A model generated the notes under the pieces. That model did no database searches and was not told the DNA's origin. It worked only from the letters and a program-made list of their open reading frames with translations. A program made the translations under genes and the position numbers. Shown piece after piece: positions 25,045-38,300 of a stretch of 64,000 nucleotides of DNA (positions within the stretch are counted from its first letter, which is position 1; every line of letters starts with the position of its first letter). Origin of the DNA: Lama guanicoe. Its lineage: Eukaryota. The DNA lies in contig MU053561.1 in NCBI GenBank assembly GCA_013239625.1, positions 932,826 to 996,825 of the forward strand, in the 5' to 3' direction.

Positions 25045-27019
25045 AGCAGTGTTCCTGTAACAGGAAAAGAGAAATAGGACAGTAGGACAGTGACATGGAT
25101 TCAGGAAAGGGTTTTGTTCTTTTTAAGTGTGCGTGTTGGGGTGGGGGGGAATAACCGCATGTGTGTATGCTGATGAGAATGATCCAATAAAGAAGGAAAA
25201 TGTGATGATACAGGAGTGAAAGAGAACAATTGCTGAAGCGATCGAAGTCCTTGAGTGAGAAGGGGTGGGATCCAGAGCACATGTGAACGGGTTGGAATTA
25301 GATGGGAAAGCAGAGAAGAGAAGGGAGAATACGTGGATGCAGATGCCAGTGGATTTTTACACGTGGTAGAAAAGCAAGTAGAGGGTCCCTTGATTGATTC
25401 AATTTTCCCAGTGAAACAGGAATCAAGATCTGCAGCAGAAAATTAGGATGAGGGAGGACATGTTGGAGGCTTGAGGAGAGAGGAGGAGGAGGTGTAAAAT
25501 CGTCATACAGGGAAAGGAAAGGGAATGGACCAGAGAAATGTAGTAGAATTGCCAGGCTTCATTTAAGGGTTCTCTTGAGACAAGGGAACATGAATTTATG
25601 AGAGCAGCCAACATAGTTGATTGTTTTGCTCCAGCCACATTCTGCTGTGTGAATGTAGACAGAGTGTAGGAAGAGTTGGAATTAACCTAGAACTGGGCTT
25701 TGCTAGGTAATTGCAACAAAAGGGCAAAATGGCAAAGGATTTAAGCTTGTATCACAATTAGCCATGGCACCCAAATGGGCCAAAAGGGTAAGTGAGGGTG
25801 TGAGGGTTGTGCAGACAGTGCAAAGATGGCAGGATTAATTGATTGAAGGTCCTAGTGATGTCAAAGAATTGAGGGAATACGCTGAAAAGACAGGAGATGT
25901 TGGTCTGAGCTTGAATTCAAGATTATGGGCATGCAATTCTTGATACTGACAAAGTTTGAGGTATGGCTTGAGGAATGATTGTCGACATAGAGTGGAAAAT
26001 ACTATCTCTGGAGAAGAGAAGGCCATAGAAGCTGGAGTGTTGCAAAGATCATTTACTTCACTGTGCGACCCCAAAGACTATACCCAGAGTAGCACTGGAG
26101 ACAGTGAGTGTGAGCCAGGAATTAAATCTTCAAGAAATGAAGGTGAGTGGTCTTGGGAGCCTACAGGCTAATGGTATGAGTTCCAAATCCAGGGGTTTTT
26201 AGGGAAGAGAGATAATGATCTGGAAGTACTAGCAAGGAGCAAAGGGGACACTTCCTCCACCTCCAGCTGCCAGTATTGCAGGTAGGCTGCAGCCCAAGAT
26301 TTCCTACATCTCTAGGACCTCCTAGGTAGCAGGTCTGGACTGGGTAGTGAGCATGCAGTTTTCCCTTTGTCTGAACTTTGGAAGATTATGTTGGGCACAT
26401 TGAGAAACATGGTTGGCCATTGGGTTGTTATTTCTTAATCCATAGATGATCCATTTTTGTTTAAGCCATCAGCAAACTTTTCTAATCCTGCCGTTTGAGT
26501 CCTAGTCTCAGTGATCTGTTTTTGTTGTTTGTTTTGTTTTTGTTTAGAGGGGATGGGCAGGTAAAGGGCTTGTCAGTTAATTTAGTCCTATTCCTCTGAG
26601 ACCTTCTTAGGCTATCGCAGAAACTCCCAAGTAGGAATGTCATCCTGGGACAAGCTGTCTTTCAAATAAAGGGACCCTTAGACTAAATGGGGCTCTCCAG
26701 ACAGTCACAACCCCCCTAGGAATCTGATTTCCTGGAGCTGCTTTGTTCAGGAGTCTAGAGACGCTAGATGTAGTTGGGACTGGCCCACAGTTGCTTTATG
26801 CCACCACTTTGCTTTCTGTGTGTCTGTCACAGGGGCACCATTGAAGTGACACACTCTCTCCAGGCAAAGATGCTAGTTTGCACCTGACACTCTTAGCTTT
26901 TACAGTTAGTTTCCCAGTGTGGGCAGCTTTGATTTCCAGGAGTGCACTCATATTAGCCAGCAAGGAGGAAAGTAGTATAGAGTAAGTGATGATGTCGTCT
27001 TGCATGTGGCTGGTGAGCT

Positions 27020-27185
27020 ATCCCTAAAGACATTTCGAAAAGAGGCATTCCAAAAATGTTTTGAGCAATCATTTGAATAAGGTGTAGAATCCCAGGGTTA
27101 CTTCTTTGAAGGACAACTCCAATTTTAATAAATAAATTCTGGTACTCAAAAAAATATTTATCAGCCCCATTGCTTCCTAGCCAGC
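27020..27185 (+). mobile_element. MARNA-like mariner fragment
   Basis: ttccaaaaatgttttgagcaat...gaataag...tacttctttgaaggacaac. Confidence 0.65.
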
Positions 27186-29689
27186 TTTCAATCCTTTCTT
27201 TTTTTTTTTTTTTAACTGATCAAAGGAAAGAGCCCTGCTTTAGTGACAGTCACTCTTCACCATTATGAGATAACAGGCAGGATGTGTGGCTGAGATAGAA
27301 AATGCTTCTGATCTGGTAGACTTAGGATCAAACTCAACACTGATTGCCTTGTAATTTAGCCAACATTCAGTTCAAATATTTGAGACCTTTGAACATGGTA
27401 AAGCAGAAACATAATGAATCAAAGTCTAAACTATTCAGTGTTAGGAAGGTCAGCATTTTAAATGTTTGTGGATTGTGCTTTACGTCTGGGTGCAGGGTGA
27501 TAATGAGATGCTCCTCAAGAAAGCAAAAAGTCTCTGTTCGGAAAGCCACAAGAAATGATGAACAACTGATCTTGAGTGCCTTTGCTTGCCATGGGGAAAT
27601 TTTAAATGAAAAGTATAAAAAGAAGTGGAAAACAGAAAGTTCCTTAAAAGTAGGTTTTATGTCTTTTTTTATTACATAATCTGACACAGGCAGATAAACC
27701 TATGTGATGTGTTGGCTCCTATGGGAAAATCCAGTTGACTGGCATACCTTTTCCAAAAACAAAATCTCTCGTAAGACTATATTAAGAGTGGCTCTTCCCT
27801 AGTTCCCTTTGGCCAAATAGCATGAATTTATAGGAAAGACTATCATGGATGTACTTGAAATAGGCCAAACTAGCACCCAAGCATCCAATAGGATGGAAAC
27901 TTTGTGATGATCTCGTTAGCACTCACACAAACCCACTGAACTTACAACAGAGCAGCTAATAAAGGTATGGGTGGTTGGGCTGAAGTGGGAGGAACGAGGA
28001 AGAGTCATCCTCGTGTCAACGCATCCCCTTCTCTGTGCTTTCATAGCCTACTGTGGGAAGGTCCTAGAGGAGAGGATATGGGTTCTGGAGAGAATCTGGG
28101 CAGGATAGTATAGTGCCCAATTGAAGGTGGAGTCTGAACAGAAGTTTCCCTGTCCTTGGACCACTGTTGTCCCTCTACCCAGAAACCTGGCGTTGCCCAA
28201 AGGGATGCCTGCACATTAAATTTCTCTTAACATTTTTTCATCTTGAGTCTTCCCCTTCACTATACTTTAAGATGATTGATAATGTACCCAGCAATATGAG
28301 AAACACTGTATATCATGAAAATGTTAACTCTGAGTTTCTGATCTCAGTATGCTACAGTTTAGTCAGTGAAACAAAACAAACCCATTAAACATGGTCATTC
28401 CCTCAAAATCCAACAAAAATAGTTTTGCTTTATATAGTACAAATGTGTCATGGAGGAGTTTTTAATTGAATGATGTTAAGTATCTAGTCCCTTTTGTGCT
28501 CCTTTGCTTTATATTTCTCAGTTTCTCCATTCTACAAATATTTGTTGATTCCTGTTATGAGCAAGGCATTATGCTGGGCACAGGGAAAACCTTGGTAAAC
28601 ATGATAACATATCAAAGATATTCATATTGATCAATAATACCTTCTGAAAAAACATGATTCAGTGTGATGCCTTCTAAACAAATGATTTTTAAAATTTGGT
28701 TATCTTCCTTTCCCCTCCTGATGTGCCTTTTCAATCCTGCTATAAAATTACCAAAAGTATTTTGGTGGAATGAGGCACAAAAAACCCCCAAGTTTGTGGT
28801 GTAAAAGAATAAATGAAATTGGCATTCTCTTCTGCCCCTAAAAACATGAGGACTCTGCCTTTTCTGGAGATTCCTGTTCTTTTGGAAGCCCCCAGCTGGT
28901 CTTTAGCAGCAATGATGACATAAAGGAAAATTGCATTCTGCTGCAGAATTCAGCCCCTTCATCTTTCTCCTGTCTCTACAGCATGAAGCTAGGGGTCCAT
29001 GGAGGATCTAATATCAAAAGGAAGAGGGTAATACCACTACATGAGAAAAAAAATAATTACCAAATTTCCTGAATAGTAAACAGCTTTAAAAAAAAAAGAA
29101 GAAGAAGCTGAACCCTTTGATAGCTTGGCCCTTGGTCTGCCCGTGAATGCCTTAAGGATTATATCATCAGACTGACTCCAGCAGCCCGTGCTATTGTTTC
29201 AGAAGGAGGAAGCAGCGAAGAAGGGGTGAGGGGAAGAAAAGGGGATGGGTGAGAGCAGGTCTGCTCTTTGGGGACAGGAGAGTTAGATTTTGAAAGTACA
29301 GTTATTAGATGTTAATGGTAGTGAGGCTAGAAAGACAAATTGAGCAATTTCTCAGCATCTGTGAGAAAGAGGTTTCTCCTTTTCTTGGGGGATTAACGTA
29401 AACGTTTGGATTCAATAACTTTTCTACCACAGATGACATTAGCTCAGACAGATAAAGCGACCTAAAGTCGCCCAGAAATGTTGTTGCTGAAAACCATCAC
29501 CTGGGGGCAGTCTTGTGACTTAAATTTCCTCTGCCTCGCTGTAGTACGGATTTTACTACTTTTTTCCTTCGATGGGCTGAGTTTTTTCACCCGAGGTGGA
29601 GAGGTGAGAAAAAAGGGCAAGCGGGAAGACGGATTAGGAACTGAGCATTACACCCTCCTCAAACAGGAGGTGATACCACGAGAATGTAC

Positions 29690-31800
29690 AGGAGGTCGTG
29701 GAGAGCCACAAAAGTTCTCCTTTGGTTCCTTGAAAAGGCTAGAGGCTGAGGACGCGGCGGGGTGGGGGCCGCAGACAGAGGGTCCTGGGATGCTAACGAC
29801 TCAGCGCGGATGTCGAGGGCGAGGGGCTTGGGATGCCCAGGATTCGGGGAATTTACGAGACCCCCTGTCCCCGCCTGCCGGCCCCGCCTCTCCGACCAGC
29901 CGCTCAGCTTCCGAGACCCCCGGCTCACGTCCGTGGCCGCGCTGGGACTCGTTAGCAAAGGGAGGAGGGGGGCGTGGGCCTGAGGGGCGCTAGCCCACTC
30001 CCACCGTGGAAATGCCAGCTCCGGCCACCAGGCCTTCCCTGAAGTCTAGCTGCGGCCACACGAGTTAGTTCTCCTTCGCTGGCGCTTCTCCGTTTGCTCC
30101 GGGGGCGTTTCCCGGCCCGAATCTGGGCATCCCCAGCTGGCCAAAGCCGCCAGCCTCCTGCCATGTCCCAGTGGAGGGCCGCGGGTGGCGGGGCGGGATC
30201 TAGGCTCCCTGGTCGCACCCTTCACGGTCGGGGCTCGAGATTGCCTGAAACCTTAGTGCCGTCTGCGACGCAAAGGGGCTAAAGTCTTAGTATTAAGCCC
30301 GGAGACCTTCCTGTGCCCGAGGATAAAGCCCGGGAAAGGGTAGAGGAGCGCGGCCTTCCCCGGGCCGTGGGCGGGCGCGCTGGGCCTGATGGGCTTCTCC
30401 CTGCGTGTGCGGGGCCCGGGCGGCCAAGAGCCGGCGGAGCGCGAGCGCGGTCGGCCATGTGAGTGTAAACCCCAGAGCACCGAGCCCCAAACAAAGCCAG
30501 ACCTCGCCCCACAAAACCGCGGCGGGGATTCAGGGTTTATGAGGGGGGACTTCCTCGAGGCTTTACCTCCTCCGCCCACGGGCCCACCATGCAGAGGAAG
30601 GGGGTACACTTCTCGGGCAGGAGGAGCGGAAGGTTCCTGAGGGAGAAAAATGTCAGGTCGGGAACTCGGAGCAAATGGGTTCCTCGAGCGCTTGGCCTCG
30701 GCTTTCACCACGAGCCGGTGCCGGCGGCCTCCTCGGGCCTAGACCCCAGGCCAGGCCGCGCGGCGCCAACTGGCCGATCGGAGCCCCGGGGCCCGGCTCC
30801 ACGGAATTCACGGTGTGGGCCCATTTCTCCGGAAGTTGTGCCCCGCGGGGAAGGCCGTTGTTGTAAAAGGAGAAGCAGTCGCTTTTAAAAATCTGGGAGG
30901 AAAAAATGTTAAAGCTCCAAAGGGCATTTTTTTTCCCTCCAGAAGACGGAGAAGAGGGCAGGACCCGGGTTAGGATGGATGGAGCGCTGCAGCCCTTCTG
31001 CAGCTCTAGCCCCTAGAAATAAGGCGGGGGGTGGGGGGCCTCTTTGCCCCCTCGCGGGCTGCCGTACACGCCCTGGCGGCCCGTTCACGTAGGGTGGGGG
31101 TGAACGGCGGAGTTGGGTGGGGATGCTCAGGAACTTCGCGAGGGGCCACCGCGCGCCGGGGCGCCCCTGATCCAAGGCTCCTTGGTGTCCCTGGGCGTGT
31201 GAAATCCCGGGAAGTGTCAGGTACAGGTAGCCCGCGGGATCGAGAGGCGCGACGGGACGCAGCGCTGATTTCCTAGAGGGCCCCTGCCAGGGGCTCGGCC
31301 CCGCCGCTCCTCCTCCCCCTTTTTTCTTCTCATTTTTGCAGCCCCACCCGAGCTCCGTGCGGCGGCTTCCCGCCTGGAACAAAGGCCAGCACCGCAGCGT
31401 GGTGCGCGTCTGAATATCGCAGACGCGCGAGAGTCTAAGCCGCCGCTACTCTCCTCCGCGACGCGGGGAAAGCGCAGAGCCGCGTAGGGAGTGTTCGGCC
31501 TCGCCCGCTTCCTGCGCCGGAGCGGCGGGCGGCTGGACTCTTCCTTCCCTCGGAGCTCGGCCGCGGGTGGGCGGCTCGGGCCCGCAGGCAGCCTCGCTGC
31601 CTGTCCCACCAGGCCGCATCTCTGCTGCTGAGCCGGTGCGGGGAGGGAAGCTCGTGGCCAGGGCTGTTCCTAGGGGGTTCGCGATCCGACGTCGCAGGGG
31701 TGTGAGCGTGTCTCACCTGTACAGGTGCGGCGGAAACGAGTTTGCGCGTTTAAGTCCGAGGCTACGTTTCCAAAATCTAGATGGCAACGTAAGAGCGATG
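29690..31800. promoter_or_regulatory. Orphan CpG island about 18 kb upstream of TBX15
   Basis: Very high GC and CpG density by eye; GC boxes GGGGCGTGGG (about 29968) and GGCGGGGCGGG (about 30188). Confidence 0.85.
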
Positions 31801-34327
31801 TGCAGAAAAGGAAAAGCCGTTTACTTCACTTGTTTAGGGTAAAAGTGAAAATGTTTTCAGCTTGATAGAGCTGGATGTTTTTCTCCGTTGTCTACTTCGC
31901 TAGACAAAGCTAAGACGCATGGACATTTAGGGAGGTCGTGTGCGGTTTACACTGTCCTCTGAATCCGTAAAAGGAAGGGCTCAGGCTCACGATACCCTGT
32001 CTTCACTGCCTTCGCGTTGGGAGTATCGTGCCGGTCTCCTCATTTGGTGCGGTGGGTGCTTGAACGCAACCGCAACTGGATGCGTTCTGGTGGGGTTCAA
32101 TGCCCACCCCCACCTTTGCCCCCAAACCCTCCAGCAGCATTATTTTCCACTGCAGCCTGTGGCCAGCTTTTCTATTTTGGAGTCCTTTTGGAGTCCTTTC
32201 CACCCCTTTGTCACGCTTACCTCCAATTGGACCGAAAAAGGCATTCTAGACAGAATCCTTAAATTGGTATCTCTCTACTTGGTTTGGATCCTAGAATTCA
32301 GTCATAGCCCAGAAATATGCTTGTACATGCAATTACCTACGCCAAGGCTGCTGAGCCTCATTCATCAGCAGGTCTTGGAGGGTCTGCGCACTGATACCAG
32401 GGAGTGTAAATCTGATTTTAACCAATTGTGCCGCCAAGCCACAGGTCACTGGCTCATTTGCTGCTACATGTCCAGGATAGTGTTTGCTGGGCTGGTCACA
32501 CACCCGATCAAACAGAGAGGGTGATAAGGGCTTATGAAAATGACTGTTAAAAAGCTAACAGTGATATTTTGAGCCTACTTGTAGAGTTTCTGAATTCGGG
32601 AAGTAGGGGAAACTGAAGACACCTCTCTCCCATTCTGCTTCTTTCTATAGATAATGATTACACTCTATAAATGAATTTGTATAGTAATGTGGGTATTTGT
32701 GTGTACATGTGTCTGGGTGTGTGAGCATGCTGTTGAAGTGTGCACCTATGGAAACTGACCAAAATCAGTTTCTCCTTTCTGACATATTCAGTGAAAAGAA
32801 TTTATTTGGTTGCAGGGTTTGTGATTCCCAAAATCTTTAGGCCACTCATGGAAGGGGAAAGGGCTTTAGGAATGGAAAGCATTATTTAAAAAGGATTTAG
32901 CATACTGTGCTTCTCAGCATTTCCCCCAAAGGTAGTTGAACTGGAAGTTGGAGCTCAAAGCTGTGTCTCCCCCACTTCCACAACTGCACTGAAGGAAAAG
33001 TGTGAACTCTAAGGGCGCCAGCAAACTCATTACCACCTCTGACATTGACCCAAAATGTATGTTTCCTGGAGTCTGAGTGCCATCACTCTGATTGTTCAGA
33101 GCTGAAAATCTCACAAACCTTCTATGAAGCCAAATGCTGGATGAATTTGTACTCAGACACATGCATTTTTACAAAGCAGAGCATAGTAAAATGCCCTGCA
33201 TACAATAGACATTTAGTGATTTTTTGTTGTTGTTGAGTGAATGAATGAACTCGTGTATATTTATTCTTTTCAACTTAAGGTTTTCTTAAACTAAGCTTGT
33301 ATATGTGTATGTGACAAAGAATTGTGTGCCCAGAAAATAGGATAATTTTTTGTTGTATCTGCCTCTTTTCCCCTTCCAATTCTTGTGAGCGGACCCCTCC
33401 CCCATGTCCTTGCCAGAGGTGCAGGTCTCTGCGACCAGTTGGTAAACTTATCCGACCCCCCACCAAAGCCTGTCAGTCAGCCAGTAAAAGCAAATGCATT
33501 ACTTTGGTCACGTCCTTACTTCCCTCACAGATCATACTCATGTTTCTATAAAAGTTCTTCAGTGGATTTCATCGTGCACAGCCCCACATTCCTTTATACC
33601 TTCTCTAGATGGTGTACTCCTTGAGTTTCACAGGCCCTGTTAACCCACCCAGCCTCCATCAGCATTTTCACAGAATGGCCAAAATTCTTGGAAAAGCTTG
33701 GGGTCTTCATTTGGGAGAGGATTGCCATTTCCAGGAAGGATAGAAAAAAGTCACTGTTCCCAATCTGGTTAACACTAGCCTAACGTTCTAGGTTTATTTA
33801 CAAAAACATTGAACAGTTTAAAAAACAATTTAAAAACTGTATTTAATCACAGTAGTGACTGCGTGACTTCAGATATTACAGACCTTGTGCCTCAGAGAAG
33901 AGAGCCCAGTGGGTCAAACTCTAGCCACCCAGTAGGGAGTTGGAGGATGCTCTTCTGTGCCCCAGCCAGCCTGCTAGCACCAAGAGGGTGCGAATGCCCT
34001 CTACTTCCCACCTCACCAGACCCTTCCGGAGGGATAGCAGGCTGGAAGGAGCAGCCAACCAGTGCCCTAGTCACCACCGAGGAAGAAAAGGGCTAATTTC
34101 TACCCCCTCTGAATAGAAACAGCCTGCTCCAGCCAGAAAGACCCAAGAAAACAAGGACAAAGATGCTTCCCTTTCTCCTTCCCCTTCCCCATCTCTCACC
34201 TCTCCCCGCATCCTCCCCCTAACATTTGGGAGTCTGGGAGGTTCTGGAAAGGAGCACTCTCTAAAGGCTTTGCCTCCAAGGCAGCTGCCTGCTTCTCCAG
34301 GGGGCAGGGGCAGGAAAGGAGTATTTT

Positions 34328-34395
34328 ATTTTATTTTACTTTATTTTATTTTATTTTATTTTTAAAATTGAAAATGATTTACAATGTTGTTAGAA
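34328..34395 (-). mobile_element. Extremely 5'-truncated L1 insertion: (TTTTA)n tail plus about 35 bp
   Basis: Perfect 14-bp TSD gaaaggagtatttt at 34314-34327 and 34396-34409; body tttacaatgttgt matches the L1 ends at about 4960 and 39080. Confidence 0.8.
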
Positions 34396-36099
34396 GAAAG
34401 GAGTATTTTCAAAGCTCTGCTAGAGCCAAAACTGCCACAGAAACTAGCAGCTCTTTGGGACAAGCTGGAATGATTCCGACCCCACTCCCAGCCCCTCAGG
34501 AGGGACAATATCCCCTGTTCAAATGAGATGAACAGTGACCAGGACTCTGTGGGGTAGAGGGAGAGGAGCTCTGTAGAAATGGAGGGGAGTCTAACTTGTT
34601 TCTAGCCTGAACAGCCAGAAAAGGGTCAAACTGAGGTTGAATCTGGAGCAGCTCCATGGTGACTAGGTTCCAGGAACAGGTTGACCCAGAGCACAGTTCT
34701 CCCAGTGAGACTTTGGATTTAGAGCAGGACACTTGTGATCTTCCGTTTCCTCACCTGTCTGCCCCGCCCACGTCAGAGACTAAGGCCTAGGGGAGTTTGT
34801 TATTTGCTAGCGCTTTACAGTTTATAAAGAATGAGAGTGGTGACAACCCAAAGGCTAGTCAGGGACCTCCGCAGCCTGCCGCCTGCCGCCTTCTTGAAGT
34901 TCTCCAGGGGCTGCTTTCTGAACTGCCTTTAAAAAATGAAACCAAACCCCAACTCAACAGTGTTGAATCAGCTGCTCACTCTACCTGACCCACCCCGCGA
35001 TGTGATCTACAGCCGCGCGATTGCTAACGGTCACCTAGGGACAAATTAAGGAATTGAAAATGCTGAGCTTGAGAAGCCAAATTCCTTACACTATCTGGGG
35101 TCGTTAATCACCCAGCAGAAACCAACCTGGCAAGCAGGAAAGGTAGCCAGAGGGACAGAAGACAGTGTGGGTTGGAGCACTGGTGTTCAGGGGCTCAGGT
35201 GGCGGGACTGACACATAGATGTTCACACATAAGGAATGTGCTTGGAATGGGCAGCACAATTCACGGGTCTCGGGAGCCATAAAGCTCTTTTAAGCTGCCC
35301 AATCGCCCCAGTTTACAAATGGGGAATGTGGACTTGGTAATCAAGAGACTTAGGCAAGGGTAGCTCAAGGCGCGTTGGCCCAGTGAGTCGGGTCCGCGCC
35401 CACATGCGGCTGTTTCCTGAGAGAAGGCTGACGGTTTTTTATCCAATGTGATGAGTAGGTAGAAGATTTGTGTTCAGAGAGTCCCTGGGCCTCTTAGGAC
35501 TCCACCTCCAAAGACGGGATGGAGTGAAGGGTAGTGCAAGCTGCAAAATAGTCCAAGAAGAGTGGGACTCTCAATATTTGCAGAGACAGGAAAGCAAGTG
35601 TCTGGGGGCGACGAGTGTAACTTCTCCGCAGGAAAGGAACGGGAAGCCTCACCACCTGCCACCCTCCAGGGTAGACGTTGTTACAAATTAAATATCCAGG
35701 AACCCTGGCGCTGGGGCTCGGCTGTGGAGCACTGCATCTTCCAAACATTAGGCACTCTGGCTCTCTCAGAAGCCCGTCGCTGCCTGACTGGCCCCTTGCT
35801 CATCCAGAACCCAAGACACCAGGTCTGGATGCCCCTTTTTCCCGGGGCCTCAATGCCAGGTGCTCTGCTTCCTGACTGCAGCGTGGGGGCAGCCCTGAAG
35901 TGCTGTGGTCTTCCCTCCTCCCGGTGCCCTGATGGTGGACCACTCTGGTCACACATCCCAGGAGGCAGACTCTGGGGCACTGTGCTCCTCCAGGGCCTGC
36001 CCAGGCCAGCTCTTCTCCTTAATCTGTCAGTTCTCCGCTCTTTTGTGTGGCCCCATAATTACAGGGACAATCTGTTTAGTGAAGCGCCTCAGACAATGG

Positions 36100-38300
36100 A
36101 AAGTTCCAAGGTTTCCTGGACGTTGTGTAGGAGAGGCGGGGCCGGGACCCGCTGACGGCGGTTTTCCCAGCCCTGTCCCCCCTCTCTCCTCTGCCCCCGC
36201 AGCCACCGGGCAGCAGAAAGAGGAGGCCAGCTTACTCGTGCCCTTCGGCCGGCCGGACGACCCACGGCCGCCGCGCCGCCACCTTGGCACCTGCCTGGCT
36301 GAGGTGAGATGCCCGGCGCGCGGTCAGGGCACTGCGCACAGGCCCGTGCCCGGCTGCTCAAGCTGCCGGGGCGATGACCAACTTCGAGTGACCGGCCTGA
36401 GAAGGGGGTGCGAGGCGGTGGAATCACTCCCAAGGAAGTGGGAAGAACAAGAATTTCTAGGTAACCTGGGTAAAGGGTCCTAACTTTGCCACTCAGGAAC
36501 CTAGGACAAGTCAACGAAGTTATAGGGACCTTGGTTTTCTTATCTAGAAATGAGAATAACATCATGTTACTCCCCCCCCCACCCGGGGAGGGGGTGACAG
36601 TTCTCTTTTCCAAGATACAGTCCCGCGGGCGGCTGGGGAGACACGGACCCAGTGCAGGAGAGAGCAGGCACACTCTTGGCTGTTTTAACTCTTCCTGCTC
36701 TGGCAGGAAAATCTGAAATTTGAAACATCAGAAATGGCCATGCAGGGGCAAGTCAAGTCCAATCGAGGTCATATTGCACCCTTGGTTTTCCCAGGAAAGG
36801 AAAGACTTCCTTGGATTGGGAGAAGTCGAGTCTTCCGGCTTGCCCCCAGGGTCCGTCCCAAAGGGCTCAGAGATCCCAATGGGTACGTGGCGGTCCCCAT
36901 GAGCGTCTTGCTGGGGTGGTAGTTTCGCAGACGCGAGAGAGAAAGCCCCCTGCCGCCTGGCTCTACAATAACCTTGCAGCGAAAGCAGAGAGGCGGCTGG
37001 TCCCTCCTCAGGATTCAACCCATCCCGGATTCAGCTTCTTCCGCCGCAAAACTCCCAAACCCTGAGAACCCGGGGCCAGGGGTGGGTAGGGGCGCACCTC
37101 TCTCATCTTCCGGCGCCGGCATCGGGGCCACATTTCTAGTTCTCCGCAGGGAGGGTGTCAGCTCCGCGCTCCGCTTAAGGGAAATTGTCTGGGGGCCCGA
37201 GGGAGTTCCAACCTAATCGACCAGGCCTGCACAGTTGCCCAGTTGGCCTGTCACATAGAAGCAAATCCGCAGTCAGGATGCTCGCTACTCGTAGCCTGGA
37301 AAGCCTGGGATTGACCCGGGTACCCCGTATGATCCGAATCCTAACCTAGTTCACTCCAGTCCCTACGGCAGAGCGGAGGCGATCTGCAGCCTGAACACAG
37401 AGGAGGCTGACAAGGAACCTCCGGTAGCTACCAAAGACAAGGCGGTTTAGTGGCATCTCCACCGTTTATTCGGATATTTAATGACCCGACGTCCTGTGGA
37501 TGATAAGCCACCTAGCCCTCCTGCTCACCACGCCCCCATGCTTGGTTCTGGAGTCAGTGCCTACGGAGCCTCAGGGCTCTTAGTCTGTCTCAGGCTTGGA
37601 GTTGGTGTCTCCGCGCGCCCAGAACCAGCGCAGCTACGCGCTTCCCCGCCTCGCACCCCGCGATGTTGAAGGGGAAGAGAATTTAAAATGCACTGGTCAA
37701 AATTCACTGTTGAGAACACTTTGAAGTTGGGTAACTGTGACTGCGCCACACTCACCCGCTCCCTCCCCCAACTCCCCGCTCGGCCAGATGCACCAGAAAG
37801 CGGCGCTTTGATCTTGCAAGGCAGCAATTTATATTTCTTTAAAATTTTTTTTCTGTAAAAAGATGATTGGACCGGGGAGAAAATAATATAATTCCGCGGG
37901 CGCAGGGCTGAGGAGAGGCTTTCTGGGCCGGGCAAGGGCTGGGCCCGAGGCGCCAGGCACATCTGTTAGCCCGGGTTTGCGGCGCATTCCTCTCCGCGGG
38001 AATTTCTTCTTTCCCTCCCGCGGTGGACCGGTCCGTGTGATTCACCCCAGGCAGGAAGCTGGGCTTTATTTGTCTTTGACCTAGAGATGCTGGGAGAGAA
38101 GGTGTGGAGAGGTGGGGGTGCAGTCGGAAAAGCTAAGACTGAGGCTCCGCGTCGGTGAATTGAATTGGAGGGAAGGGGAGAAGCTCAGAGAAAAAGGGTG
38201 CCTCCGGCCTTCTAGAGGGGAAGTCGGTGCCCTTCACCCTCTTCCCCGCCGGGAAAGGAGTGGGGACAGCTGCAGATTCAGTGGGTGGAGAACCAATATC
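36100..38300. promoter_or_regulatory. CpG island cluster upstream of TBX15
   Basis: CpG-rich patches at about 36130-36420, 36830-37200 and 37550-38050. Confidence 0.7.

Larger units (their letters stand above)
22155..26270 (-). mobile_element. Long L2 element interrupted by an MLT1 LTR, an L1 and the tandem duplication
   Basis: L2 3' end ctatgtgccaggcactg at 22201; colinear purine-rich antisense L2 motifs (ggccattgtaagga-like, gagtcaaggataact, ttggatttggcaa) to about 26.2 kb. Confidence 0.8.
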
